In this document: positions 52,980 to 64,000 of the stretch, one piece after another | How the letters are laid out: each line of letters starts with the position of its first letter | Numbering within the stretch: position 1 is the first letter of the stretch | Made by a program: the position numbers and the translations under genes | Notes under the pieces: generated by a model | The model's database searches: none | The model's input: only the letters and a program-made list of their open reading frames with translations | What the model was told of the DNA's origin: nothing | Assembly (NCBI GenBank): GCA_903813345.2 | Contig: CAIIXF020000001.1 | Location: forward strand, 32,984,001-33,048,000 | Reading direction: 5' to 3' | Length of the DNA: 64,000 nt | Source: Owenia fusiformis | Taxonomy: Eukaryota

Positions 52980-53568
52980 CGACATGTGCAATATAGATCT
53001 ATATTCTTCGTGTGATTTCGAGCGCCATCAAATGCGCCTAACTTCTCTGCGGCAATCTGCACGTTGTTCGTGTCTTTTACGTTCGTTTTCTGCGCGAGAT
53101 TCCATTTTCACTTGGTTCTGTTTTCCACGCATGTGCGAAAATGAAAGTACTTCATTCCCATGATTCAAATTGCATGCGGCTGGTTTGATTTTCATTTAGT
53201 CAAGAGTATTGCCAATGAACAGAAAGAATATTATTGGGCCTATGTGTACTTTCAATTCAAATGGGATTGAGAGTTATTTTTACTAAATAAAATATTTCCG
53301 CAATATAAGGTGCATTGTAGGAAGGGACTGCTGAAAAATAATGAACCTAAGTGACATCTATCTGAAAGTATATGTAGTTATTCATTTAATAATTGCGCAT
53401 GCGCTTACATAATTTGGACTAATCAAATTACTGGATTGAATGCGGATGCGCAATAAAACGAACCAAAAAAGGGAACTTCGCGCAGATTTCCCCTGATGGA
53501 GTTAAAAGATTTTTGCCTCCACGTAGAAGAGCACTTCTTAAAATCACGGACTTCAGGTCCGTGTTAAA
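52980..53568. promoter_or_regulatory. Putative promoter of the GPX gene, possibly bidirectional
   Basis: CpG-enriched; NRF1-type palindrome TGCGCATGCGC at ~53394; strong minus-strand donor TCG|gtaagta at 52980. Confidence 0.4.
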
Positions 53569-53832
53569 ATGGTGCAAACACAAAATACTTGGAGAACGTT
53601 GACATTGATTGTCTTGATGGACCACCTCAGCTTTGTTATCCCAAACGCAACTGATGACGTGGATATTGAAGAAGAAATCCATGACAAATATGTAATTTTA
53701 GAAAATGACATTGACAATCAGATTCAGAATATCGTTGAGGAAAAAGATCAAAAGAATTTGGTGGATTGTTATTCATTTACTGTAGATGACATATCTGGAG
53801 AGACCATTTCATTAGAAAAGTATAGAGGAATG
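53569..53832 (+). CDS. GPX7: Glutathione peroxidase GPX7/GPX8-like, first coding exon
   Basis: Hydrophobic N-terminus, acidic linker, then CYSFTVDDISGETISLEKYRGM, resembling GPX7 FYDFKAVNIRGKLVSLEKYRGS; ends ATG|gtgagt (phase 0); next exon not found in the window. Confidence 0.85.
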
Positions 53833-53921
53833 GTGAGTATATAAGGAGTAAAATTATAAACATAGTAGAGTCTAAATCATAATTATTTATTACAGAGATT
53901 CAAAAGCTGTTCTTGCATCTA

Positions 53922-54748
53922 CTACTTTTTTCAAGGCCTGACTGCGTCGCTAACATGCTAAATATAAGAGTTAGCTGACGTTTGGGAGTCTGACTTACCT
54001 TCTAAAGGTTAGAACCCGAATCTTAATGAAACCATATCACCTTTGTTGCGTCGATGATGATGCATAAACATAGCATTTGATAGAAATTAGCGTAAATGCT
54101 TTTCCGACTTTTTCATTTTTCATCAATGTTGACTTCCGGGAAGGCGTTGTAGTTATCACGAAATAACGCATTGACCCTTGAACTTTACTTTGTTGACGTG
54201 TCAACCAAGCATGTCTGGTGTGAAAATTAAAAGAATATTAAGCAATGTTCTACATCCGCCAGGCTAAGTGAAGTAGTCAATATTTAAAATTACTAATTTC
54301 AAGTGAAGTACGCAACGAACGAAACTGCGTGATCTACACTCCCACTATTGGTCTGAATGAAATGCTACGTAGAAATATGAGCCGTCTGCTGTATTAGTCG
54401 ATTAATAGAGTAAGACCTGTTGGTGATGCTTTATAATTTAGACCAAAACATTGAAGAACAAACGAACCTGTAAATCGTGAAAACAACGAACAAATATTCG
54501 GTTTTCACATATGTTCGGTAATTTTTCGTATTGAAACTTCCGGAACTTACAAGGAAATCATTCATTTTCTCGATCCATGATTTACCTCTTGGATGTTGTG
54601 GCAAATGCTCCATGGTTGACGGAACAAAGGTGATATGGTTTCATTAAGATTCGGGTTCTAACCTTTAGAAGGTAAGTCAGACTCCCAAACGTCAGCTAAC
54701 TCTTATATTTAGCATGTTAGCGACGCAGTCAGGCCTTGAAAAAAGTAG
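53922..54748. mobile_element. MITE with perfect ~126-bp TIRs, TA flanks
   Basis: TA|CTACTTTTTTCAAGGCCTGACTGCGTCGC ... GCGACGCAGTCAGGCCTTGAAAAAAGTAG|TA. Confidence 0.9.
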
Positions 54749-55607
54749 TACAGTCAAAATCACAGTCAGAGAGAATGTTCTGGCGAAAGTAACCAAACCC
54801 GTAGATCTACGAGGTCGGGAGTAGATAACTGGGTCAGACGGGTTTGGTTAACGCAAATATTGCTATCAAAAACGAAAATATCTTCGTTCTGCCGATAAAC
54901 CCATACAATTTGCGATTCAACTATATGAAAAGAATTCTTAAATACTCATGAATGTATCGAGGTAGGTCATTTATGTGTGCAATGCATAGTTCATTCTCCG
55001 ACATTGTAGAAACACAGGCTTACTAATGAATCGGCCTACGACCACAATCTAAAGGGGTCGTAGGATGCGATAACTCCCGTACTCGTAGATGAGATACACG
55101 AAGAAATACATTTTTAACGACCATTTTTTAAAGTAGTAAACCTCCCAGGAATTTTAAGATTGTCATGCTTTGTTTGAGAACGAGAACGAGACTTGTGCCA
55201 AATGGCCGACTTTTTAGTCAGTCAACCTGTTCAAAGTACATTTAGTATTATACTCGCATTTCAGAACAATTTAGGAAGCAATATTTTCTATCTACGTCGA
55301 TTACAAAGCATCTAAGGTACGTAAATTTATATGAACAACAGAGTCAATATGGATAAATAGCCCAACGAGTGTCGGCGGTCTTGAAAAATACTTGGATCTT
55401 GTTGCCAGTCCTGTTATTGATATCATTCCTGTTCGAAGAACGTATTAGATGTCCGTGGTCAAAACAGAAATGTTTGTGACTACTTTGAATTTAAGGCCAT
55501 GCCTGGAGAGCCTTAAAATTTAAGGCTCTCTAGCCAAATTGGTTACCAAAATGCTAAAGAGCCTTAAATTTTAAGGTTCTTTAGCAATTCAGCTAAATAC
55601 TCTTTAG

Positions 55608-55986
55608 TAGAGGTGTCACGGATACCTGATTTTGTTCCGATCTGCGGAATTATGCCCTTGGAAAGGAACACGGAACACAAATTAAGAATTTCGGTTCGGT
55701 TCCGGAACAAGAACATTTTACCCTTTCACAACTTTTGGCCCTTAAATCGCCACAAAACAGCATTTTTCTTTCAATATTTTGCACCAAAAGAGGTTCATTC
55801 TTTTCACTCCTTCTCATTGAAGAGTTTTGAAGAGCTTTTCGCTACCAAATAGACCTAGATGATCAACTTATTTTAACCTTATACACGCAGTCATTCTGTT
55901 CCGAACCGTTCCGAAATTGTTCCGTTCCGAAGCAAAATGTTCCGAACCGAACCGTTACGATTTTTTTTTGTTCCGTGACATCTCTA
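55608..55986. mobile_element. hAT MITE, 8-bp TSD
   Basis: TAGAGGTGTCACGGA / TCCGTGACATCTCTA; TSD CTCTTTAG; GTTCCG subterminal repeats. Confidence 0.9.
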
Positions 55987-56479
55987 CTCTTTAGCATTTT
56001 GATAGCCAATTCTGCTAGAGAGCCTTAAAGGAATTCCAGGCGACAGAAATGACGAAATATTGCTTCTGGGACAAGATCAAACGACTTTGACATATTCTAT
56101 ACTGTACCCAACCTATTTTGTTATTTAACAATAAGCACAAATATACATACCATATTAGCAGATATCGGACAAATTCAAAAAGAAATATTTTTTGATCGAT
56201 AAAATCACTGATTATTAAACCGGAAGTGTCTTCTCTGAGGTCTGCGAAGAAGATGAATAAGAAAACATATAAAGATTTCAGTCAATTCAATTTTGCCGTC
56301 AGTTTAATTTTAAATGGTTCTAAATAATCTTCGAATGCTTACTATGACTTCTATTAGTACTGTTTTGACTTCCCCACTACATAAAAAGAATATTATCACT
56401 TTTTACTAAACTCATAAATTTACTTCCGGTCTACCGAGAAAAACCTTTTCAATTCTCTTTCTAAATCTGGCTTTTTAAA

Positions 56480-56528
56480 GGTTCAAACGCCGCAGAGGTG
56501 CAAGGCGACCACCCTAACCACTACACCA
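56480..56528 (-). mobile_element. tRNA-derived SINE head fragment
   Basis: Minus strand TGGTGTAGTGGTTAGGGTGGTCGCCTTGCACC has an A box; B box degenerate; not a full tRNA. Confidence 0.4.
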
Positions 56529-57270
56529 GAGTGGTTGTTCCATGATTGGACAGAATTTTTCGAAACTTTATAGTGATATACATGTGTGATATTTTTAAGT
56601 GGCATTCTGGGTTGAAAAAACTTTCGAGACTGTTGTTTTATTGTTTAGATTATGAAAACATCAATAAAAAACAATATAAACACGGATTATAAATACAAAG
56701 GCTCTCTAGCAAAAATACTATGTTCACATCACAGCTAAATAACCTTAAATTTTAAGGCTCTTTAGCATTTTGGCTAAAGAGCCTTAAAATTTAAGGTTCT
56801 CCAGACACTTCGTACAAAAATAAGCAATCAAATGACCATATTGAAACAGTGTATGTAAAAATAGAATTTTTACAATTTACTAGTTGCCACAATCAATGAA
56901 TGTATTTCTCATTGAGGTACACTTCCAATGCACGATCTGATGACTGGCAAAAAATAATAACTAGTGATAGTTATTGTCAATAAGATTAGAGACACCATAT
57001 TGTATCTGTCATTTATAACTTGGAGTTTTATTAATAACGTCAAAATGTTGCATTTGTTGTACAAAATGGAAAATTTTGATTATAGACCAATCAAAATCAA
57101 ATGTTTTGCTTTATTTATCAAATAAATTATAATCAAAACCAATGAAATTCTATGTTAGGATTTCTCCAAGGAATGTGCATGCAAAATGTGGTGACTTAAC
57201 TCTTAAAAGTGAAGAAATGAGAGTAAATATACAGACTTGGGACTTGTGTTGTCTCGGCTACTATAATATA

Positions 57271-58240
57271 CAGTGCATATCAAAAAAACGCATCAGATTG
57301 TTATCTCAGTAAAGCACAAAACCAGTGATAACAGCATTGATTTCATTCAATGCACCATAAAGCCATGTGTCTCCTCTTTACAATGATATATCATTCATTG
57401 ATATTTGGTCATGGTTGGGCGAGTAATCATTCCATTTGCCAAGTAAGCCAAAATTAGCTTTTGACCAAGTTATAAACATCGCAAAAGTCAGTGTACGGAG
57501 CCCGATGCAAAATTGGAAGAAAACATAAAACCAATGCTGACTGCATCCTTTTCATTCAATGTACCAAAAAGCCAAATTACTCCTCTTTGCAATTGAATAT
57601 CATTCATTCACAGAGAAGAATGGCTGGCTGAATAATCATTAATTTTGCAAAGTGGGGCAAAATTCAGCTCGGACCCAAGTTTTAAACATTGCAAAAGTCA
57701 GTACAAGGGGCATAGGGGCTATTGGAAGAAGGTATGACAGATGTGGCATAGACAGTTAAGTGTTCATACTCATACTCTTGCAAGAAAACATCCTATACCC
57801 CTCCAAATTGCCACCACTTCTTTGCACATAAAGATGCGCTCATCTGTCCACGTCATGCATGGTTCAGCCCTGAGTCATCTGTGGGTTAAAGCAGAGAAAA
57901 GCAGCCCATGGGCAATTCTTGAGGTTTTGCAATATCTGGTGGAGGAATTGTGAGCACAGATGCTCCTGAGATAGCTCCAAAAGAAAAAGTCACAACAATT
58001 GAAGTCAGGGGAACTTCCATTGGCACTTAGCCCTTGCACTGATTTTTGCAATATCTAAAACTTGGCCCAGATTCGATTTTGACCCACTGTGCAAATGGAA
58101 GGATTTCTCACCCAACCATTTCCACATGCAAAGACGAGAGACGTGGCTTTATGGTACATCAAATGAAATTCATGTAGTCATCACTAGTTTTGGAATTTTA
58201 CGAGATAACTACTTGTTGCGTTTTTTTTTGATACGCCCTG
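57271..58240. mobile_element. Tc1/mariner-like non-autonomous element, TA TSD
   Basis: TA|CAGTGCATATCAAAAAAACGCA ... TGCGTTTTTTTTTGATACGCCCTG|TA; long degenerate arms. Confidence 0.8.
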
Positions 58241-58494
58241 TATAGTTCACATCTTCTGGATCGCTAACTTAGAATTTACTTTTTTTCTTGGAGCCATTTT
58301 GTTTTAATTTTAGACGAAAGCCTGATGAAATCATGTCATATCTCATCAAGGAGTTGAGCGGGGTCCGTTTTGATTAATGATTTATTTATCTTTTTAAAAT
58401 ATTCAATAAATTTATGACACGGCAGCCAGCTTTTTTCAAATGGAGTTCATAGTATTCCAGATGAAATCCCCGCTAGAGACTCGAGTAAACCAGA

Positions 58495-58740
58495 CAATGC
58501 TGTACTATTGCAATGCCTGCCGCGACAATGTAATATAGTATTGCAAAGCCTGCCATGACCGTGACATTGTAATATAGTACTGCAAGGCCTAGCATGACCA
58601 TGACAATGTAATATAGTATTGCAAGGCCTGGCATGACTGTCACAATGTAATATAGTAATGCAAGGCCAGGTATGAGGGTGGTAATGTTGAAATTTAGGCT
58701 TAGTCCTACCATGACCGTGATAATGTAGTGCAATGACTAG
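58495..58740. repeat. ~39-bp minisatellite, about 6 copies
   Basis: GACAATGTAATATAGTATTGCAAGGCCTGGCATGACC-like units. Confidence 0.85.
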
Positions 58741-59353
58741 TACTAGGGCACTGTAAATATGTATCACATTAATGTCAGCAATATCCTTAACAATTTTAAG
58801 TGATCGTCATTATAATGATACAATTAAACAGTTTAACACTATGATCATGGTGTTTAACTACCTTAATCATGTCAATATAAAAATTACTACTAGACATTAA
58901 TATTCACATTATTTTCCGCATATTTTAAAATAATTAATCATTTACACAAGACAAGACAAGTTATTTGTGTCACGATAATAAACAATTTAGACCGGAGACC
59001 TAAAATAGAAAAATATTTAAAAGTGGATATGGCTGAATAAACAACAATAACAGGGTTCGTACACACCTGGAAATGTCAGGGAAATTGATTTTTTTTTCCA
59101 GGTGCTGGAAATGTGAGGGAATTTTAAAATTGGGTCAAAAAGGGCCAAAAATGTCAGGAAATTTTGAAACAGTAGATGTGTCAGGGAAATGTCAGGGAAC
59201 TTTGAATCATTGTTGAAAAAATAATGTTCCAGCAAAATACATTTTAAGGCTATGATAGGATATCAATGAAATCCAAAATCTAACATTTAGTTGTTTCCAC
59301 AAATTGTGAATCTTTTCATTTCATTAGGGTTGATTAAAAGACATTATATCTGG

Positions 59354-60950
59354 CTTTTATGTCCCCACCACAAAGTGAGGGGCCATATTGTTGGCCTAGG
59401 CGCGTCCGTCTGTCTGTCCGTCCGTCTGTCCGTCCGTCCATACGTCCGGGAGTTTTCTCCAAAACCGCTACTGATATCACCTTCAAATTTTCAGGGATAA
59501 CTTATGAGGGAACTTTCTTATATACCTACCATGTTAATTGACCCGAATCAGTCACCTTGTGGTGAAACTGGTAACTACCTACTCGCATTTGGGTAATTTC
59601 AGATGTACTTTGTTGTAAAAGCCTATGTTATTGTTAACAGTAGTTATATGTGATAATTTTGTAAAAAGAAATCAGCAAAAACTCATAATCACTTTTTTAT
59701 TGTCGGCCATTTTGGATTTTTCCGTCCTAAAATCTTGTCTGTGAAGTCTTGTCTACGTGTTTTTAGGTGAACCGTTCTGTAGATCAATTTCAAATTTTCA
59801 GGGATGATTCTTAGTATGAAAATCTAGATCTGATTAGTTTTTTGGCATTCTGGGTAAATGTCAAGGCAGCCATTTTGGATTTTCCTTCCTAAAATCTTGT
59901 CTGTAAAGTCTTGTCTACGCATTTCCAGGTGAACCGTTCTGTAGATCAATTTCAAATTTTCAGGGATGATTCTTAGTATGAAAATCTAGATCTGATTAGT
60001 TTTTTGGCATTCTGGGTAAATGTCAAGGCAGCCATTTTGGATTTTTCCGTCCTAAAATCTTGTCTATGAAGTCTTGTCTATGTGTTTTCAGGTGAACCGT
60101 TTGGTGGATCAATTCTAAATTTTCAGGGATGATTCTTAGTATAAAAATCTAGATCTGATTAGTTTTTTGGCATTCTGGGTAAATGTCAAGGCAGCCATTT
60201 TGGATTTTCCTTCCTAAAATCTTGTCTATGCATTTCCAGGTGAACCGTTCTGTAGATCAATTTAAAATTTTCAGGGATGATTCTTAGTATGAAAATCTAG
60301 ATCTGACTAGTTTATTGGCATTCTGGATAAATGTCAAGGCAGCCATTTTGGATTTTCCGTCTTAAAATCTTGCCTGTAAAGTCTTATCTACGCGTTTTTA
60401 GGTGAACCGTTTGGTAGATCAATTTGAAATTTTCAGGGATGATTCTTAGTGTGAAAATCTACATCTGATCAGTTTTTTTGCATTCTGCGTAAATGTCAAG
60501 GCAGCCATTTTGGATTTTCTGTCCTAAAAACTTGTCTGTAAAGTCTTGTCTACGCGTTTTCACGTAAACCATTTGGTAGATCAATGTCATATTTTCAGGG
60601 ATTATTCTTAGTATGAAAATGAAGAAACAGATTAGTTTTTTGACATTCTGGGTAAATGTCAAGGCAGCCATTTTGGATTTTCCATCCTAAAATCTTGTCT
60701 GTAAAGTCTTGTTTACATGTTTTCTGGTTAACTGTGTGACGGATCAATTTAAAATTTTCAGGGGTGGTTCTTAGTTTGAAAATCTAGAAGTGACTAAATT
60801 TTTGGCATTCTGGGTAAATTTTAAGGTGGCCATTTTGGATTTTCCGTCCTCAAATTGTGTTGGTAAAGTCTTGTCTTCTCATTTTCAGGATAACCATTTG
60901 ATGGGATCACCCATTGGTTGGGACATTTTGTACACATTTGTGTTCTTGTG
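59354..60950 (+). mobile_element. HINE family E2 with about 7 copies of the ~162-bp satellite
   Basis: 5' TTTTATGTCCCCACCACAAAGTGAGGGG hairpin and (CCGT)n; array; 3' TGGGACAT subTIR followed by a short palindrome. Confidence 0.7.
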
Positions 60951-61779
60951 TCTATTTATATTTATAAGAACAGAGTGAACAATAATAATACTGAAACCGA
61001 ACAATAAAGAATACATATACTGTATAACATGAAATTTTGCCGTGGATATAAAGTTGCCGATTGCCGAATGTAAAACAGAAACGGCAACATAAAATTCGGA
61101 AATATAATTAAGTAATTGAAGATCGATCTTAGTGAGCGATAATATGGTAGTTGTCTAACGTGTGTCAACTTACTGTAATAGGGTAATTTTCTAACGAGTA
61201 TCAACTTACTATACTTAAATAAAATACGATAAAATAGAAGCTTTATTCCCAGCATTACAATTACAATAAAAAGTTAATAATAAAAATGTTGCAGTTAAAA
61301 TGCATGCAGTAAATTCTACAAAATATTAAAAGGATTGTCATGTTAAAAAGTTAAAATGTCAGAAGATATAATCGTATCCAAGTGCTTTGGAAATCCCAGT
61401 ATTAAAAGTTTTTAATCCCGATATTAAAAGTTTTTAATCCTGGTTATAATTGTCCTGAGTCTATTAAATGCGGGTATTATGTGAATAAATCACGCAAATT
61501 GTCACTCATAATATCAGGATGTCAGGTTTTCTGAGTCAGTCAAATGAAGGTGATTGAAATTCAGTTGTAAATCAAAATTATATTAGGATTGTCAGCTTAG
61601 CAATATTTTATTTGGCTTTACATTTAGGGGTGTCAGGTCGGCAAACTTTTATTCGGCAATAACAATTTTAATCCAATTCAGAAAATAAAGCACCCGGATT
61701 TAATACATGTTATACAGTAGATGGTTCAATACAATTATGCTTTTCCATGTAGTAAGTTAGTCTTAGGCCATTCAAAGTT

Positions 61780-63206
61780 AACTAGAAAATGGCAACTCCA
61801 CGGAGTAGCAAATCCCAACGAACACTATATAAATCATCAATCTGTACTGTCACAATGTAATATTTACCATCTACTCTTCCCTTCATTAAATATTTGAGAT
61901 CATTGTAGTGTCATTTTACCATACTTTCAAGATAACTCTTAAAGATTCTCGCAATCTTATCCAATCAGCGTTTGCGAGTGTGTCGGCTCACGTATAAAAG
62001 GCGAATCTAACTCAAATCCATGCAGGGGTGTATGAGGTACTCGAATAGGAAATCTGAATTTATATGCACATGGTCAATGTTTACACATGTTTGGAGTTAT
62101 TGAAGAAAATGTGATATGGGTGTGGTTCCGAATTTGAAGTCATTGCTGGAAAATATGATTTTAATATGTGAAATTATATCTATAAATACAGCACTAAAAA
62201 TAACAGTACACATGAAGTACATGTATGATTGTGTCCAGAAATGTTTGAAACCCTTACAGAAAATTCTGTCTGCATTTTGTCACCATTGCTCTTTCTTCCC
62301 GCATTCTAGTGCTGTTTGAATGAATATTATTAATTAATGTATTTCTAACTAAAATATATCACATTTTTTTTATAAACCACAAACATCTAGATCATAAAAA
62401 AAAATTCAATACTTGAGTGAGCACGATATGCAAGGGTTACTAAGTTGACACAGTAAATGACCACTGATATTGTGTTAGCAAATATGTATTAGCAGAATAC
62501 GCTGTGTGCATGGACTAACACCCCTCACTTTCATAGTGAAGTGACTAATTGGTTTATGTTTATGTTTTAATGTGTTTTGGGTTCCTTGTTACAGCAAGGG
62601 GGGCCAGTAAAGTAGACTAACATGTTTGCATGGCAAATTTTGATCGAATATGTGAGACACTTTAAGTAATGGCAAATTTCTGCTCTAGTCAGCCATTTTG
62701 AATTTTCAGAGACGCAAATCAGAAAAACAATGCCATAATTGTGATCTACTCTGAAATTCCTTCAATTTGAGTATAATATAGCTATACTTTTAAGAGATCA
62801 GAAAATAATTGTGAAATCCCGCATTAGATGGCCATTTTGAATTTTTTGAGGCCCGAATCAGAAAAATGCTACAATATTTGCAATCTACTCTAAATTGAAA
62901 AACCCGGGATATATGTGAAATAGATAGATGTTGCTAATATACTACCAAAATTTCAATTAATAATATTTATTATTTTTGTTTAAAATGAAAAACATAAGAC
63001 TTTTGCAAAAGATTCCAGCCAGTTTAAAAAGTTTTTAAACTGGCGGCCATCTTGAAAAAAACTTGACTAATATTCGAGTTATCTTCCAGACAGATGGACA
63101 GACAGAAAATCTGTTGACTAGTATTTCGGACAGACGGACTGACTGACGGATGGATGGATGGAGGGGCTTCACTATATCCCTACAGAACTTCGTTCATTGG
63201 GATAAT
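61780..63206 (-). mobile_element. HINE with family B ends and a non-satellite interior
   Basis: AACTAGAAAATGGCAACTCCACGGAGTAGCAAATCCCAACGAAC ... GAACTTCGTTCATTGGGATAAT. Confidence 0.65.
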
Positions 63207-63414
63207 TACTGGTTAATTTCATTGTTTGTTGAGGGGTTAATCTGAGGAGGGCGGGAGGTGAAAACAAAAAAAATCAGGGAACTCTTTACAGTTTAAAATT
63301 GTATTCATATAAGGCGCGGTGCTGTCTGTTTGACAGTCCGGTCGTATTCCGATCCAACGAAGATTAGGGGATAAGCTATAGAGACCCCTCCATTTGTCCG
63401 TCCATCCATCCTTC

Positions 63415-63910
63415 AACTAGACAACAGCAACACCAAAGTGTAGCAAATCCCATCGAACAGCCATGGCTGGCATTTTTTTACAAACAAAGTATACAGCAAA
63501 AATTGCAGCCATTTTTCAAAATGGCCACCTTCTACCAAAAGTGTCATTAGACAGTGTGCCACGCTTATAATATTCACGCATCAAATATGAACAAAATCGC
63601 TCTACTACTTTTCGAGTTATAGTAAAATACGTTAAAATGACGGCCATTTTTCAAAATAGCTGCCTTCTATCAAAAGTGTCATTAGACAGTGTGCCATGCT
63701 TATAGTATTCACATACCAAATATGAACAAAATCGCTCCACTACTTTTCGTGTTATAGTAAAATACGTTCAAATGGCCGCCTTCTACCAGAAGAGTCATTA
63801 GACAGTGTGCCATGCTTATAGTATTCATATACCAAATATGAACAAAATCGCTCAACTACTTTTCGAGTTGCAGCAAAAATCGTAAAATAACGAGTAAAGG
63901 CTGCCATAGT
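63415..63910 (-). mobile_element. HINE family A, partial (3' end and array)
   Basis: AACTAGACAACAGCAACACCAAAGTGTAGCAAATCCCATCGAAC followed by ~120-bp units. Confidence 0.7.
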
Positions 63911-64000
63911 TCAATTCTTTGAAGCAAATGATTCTAAAAGTACAACATATCTTTGAAAAAATATCATTCTGTTAAGTGAAATTGTAAAAAATATTTTGCA

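Larger units (their letters stand above)
55501..56806. mobile_element. TIR element built from palindromic GAGCCTTAAAATTTAAGGCTC units
   Basis: CTGGAGAGCCTTAAAATTTAAGGCTCTCTAGCCAAA mirrored near 56769-56804; TSD not seen. Confidence 0.6.

Noticed and set aside
56480..56528. tRNA gene
   Set aside because: Only an A-box half is present; no complete cloverleaf

Overview
AT-rich, repeat-dominated animal genomic DNA. The repeat content suggests a marine invertebrate, but the taxon is an inference. Host genes: (i) three coding exons of a minus-strand SLC20A/PiT sodium-phosphate transporter (33096-32898, 22875-22774, 20675-20535), joined by phase-compatible GT-AG introns; no further exon was found, so the gene presumably continues left of the window; (ii) the first coding exon of a plus-strand GPX7/GPX8-type glutathione peroxidase (53569-53832); (iii) one intact but orphan ATXN7L3/Sgf11 zinc-finger exon (37832-37664, minus). 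The rest is mostly non-autonomous transposons. At least five families of Helentron-like elements (HINE/DINE-1 type) carry satellite arrays. There are also hAT-, MULE-, Tc1/mariner-, piggyBac- and Transib/Chapaev-like MITEs with readable TSDs, a 5-kb Academ relic, an L2/Crack LINE remnant, and mini- and microsatellites. Main finding: the ATXN7L3 exon lies in a 6.5-kb segment bounded by the 5' end of one Helentron-like element and the 3' end of another. That segment splits a hAT-like MITE, which itself splits a third Helentron-like element. This looks like rolling-circle transduction of a host exon, placed in sense orientation about 4 kb upstream of the SLC20A start-codon exon. All family assignments were made by eye from termini, TSDs and motifs; no database searches were run.
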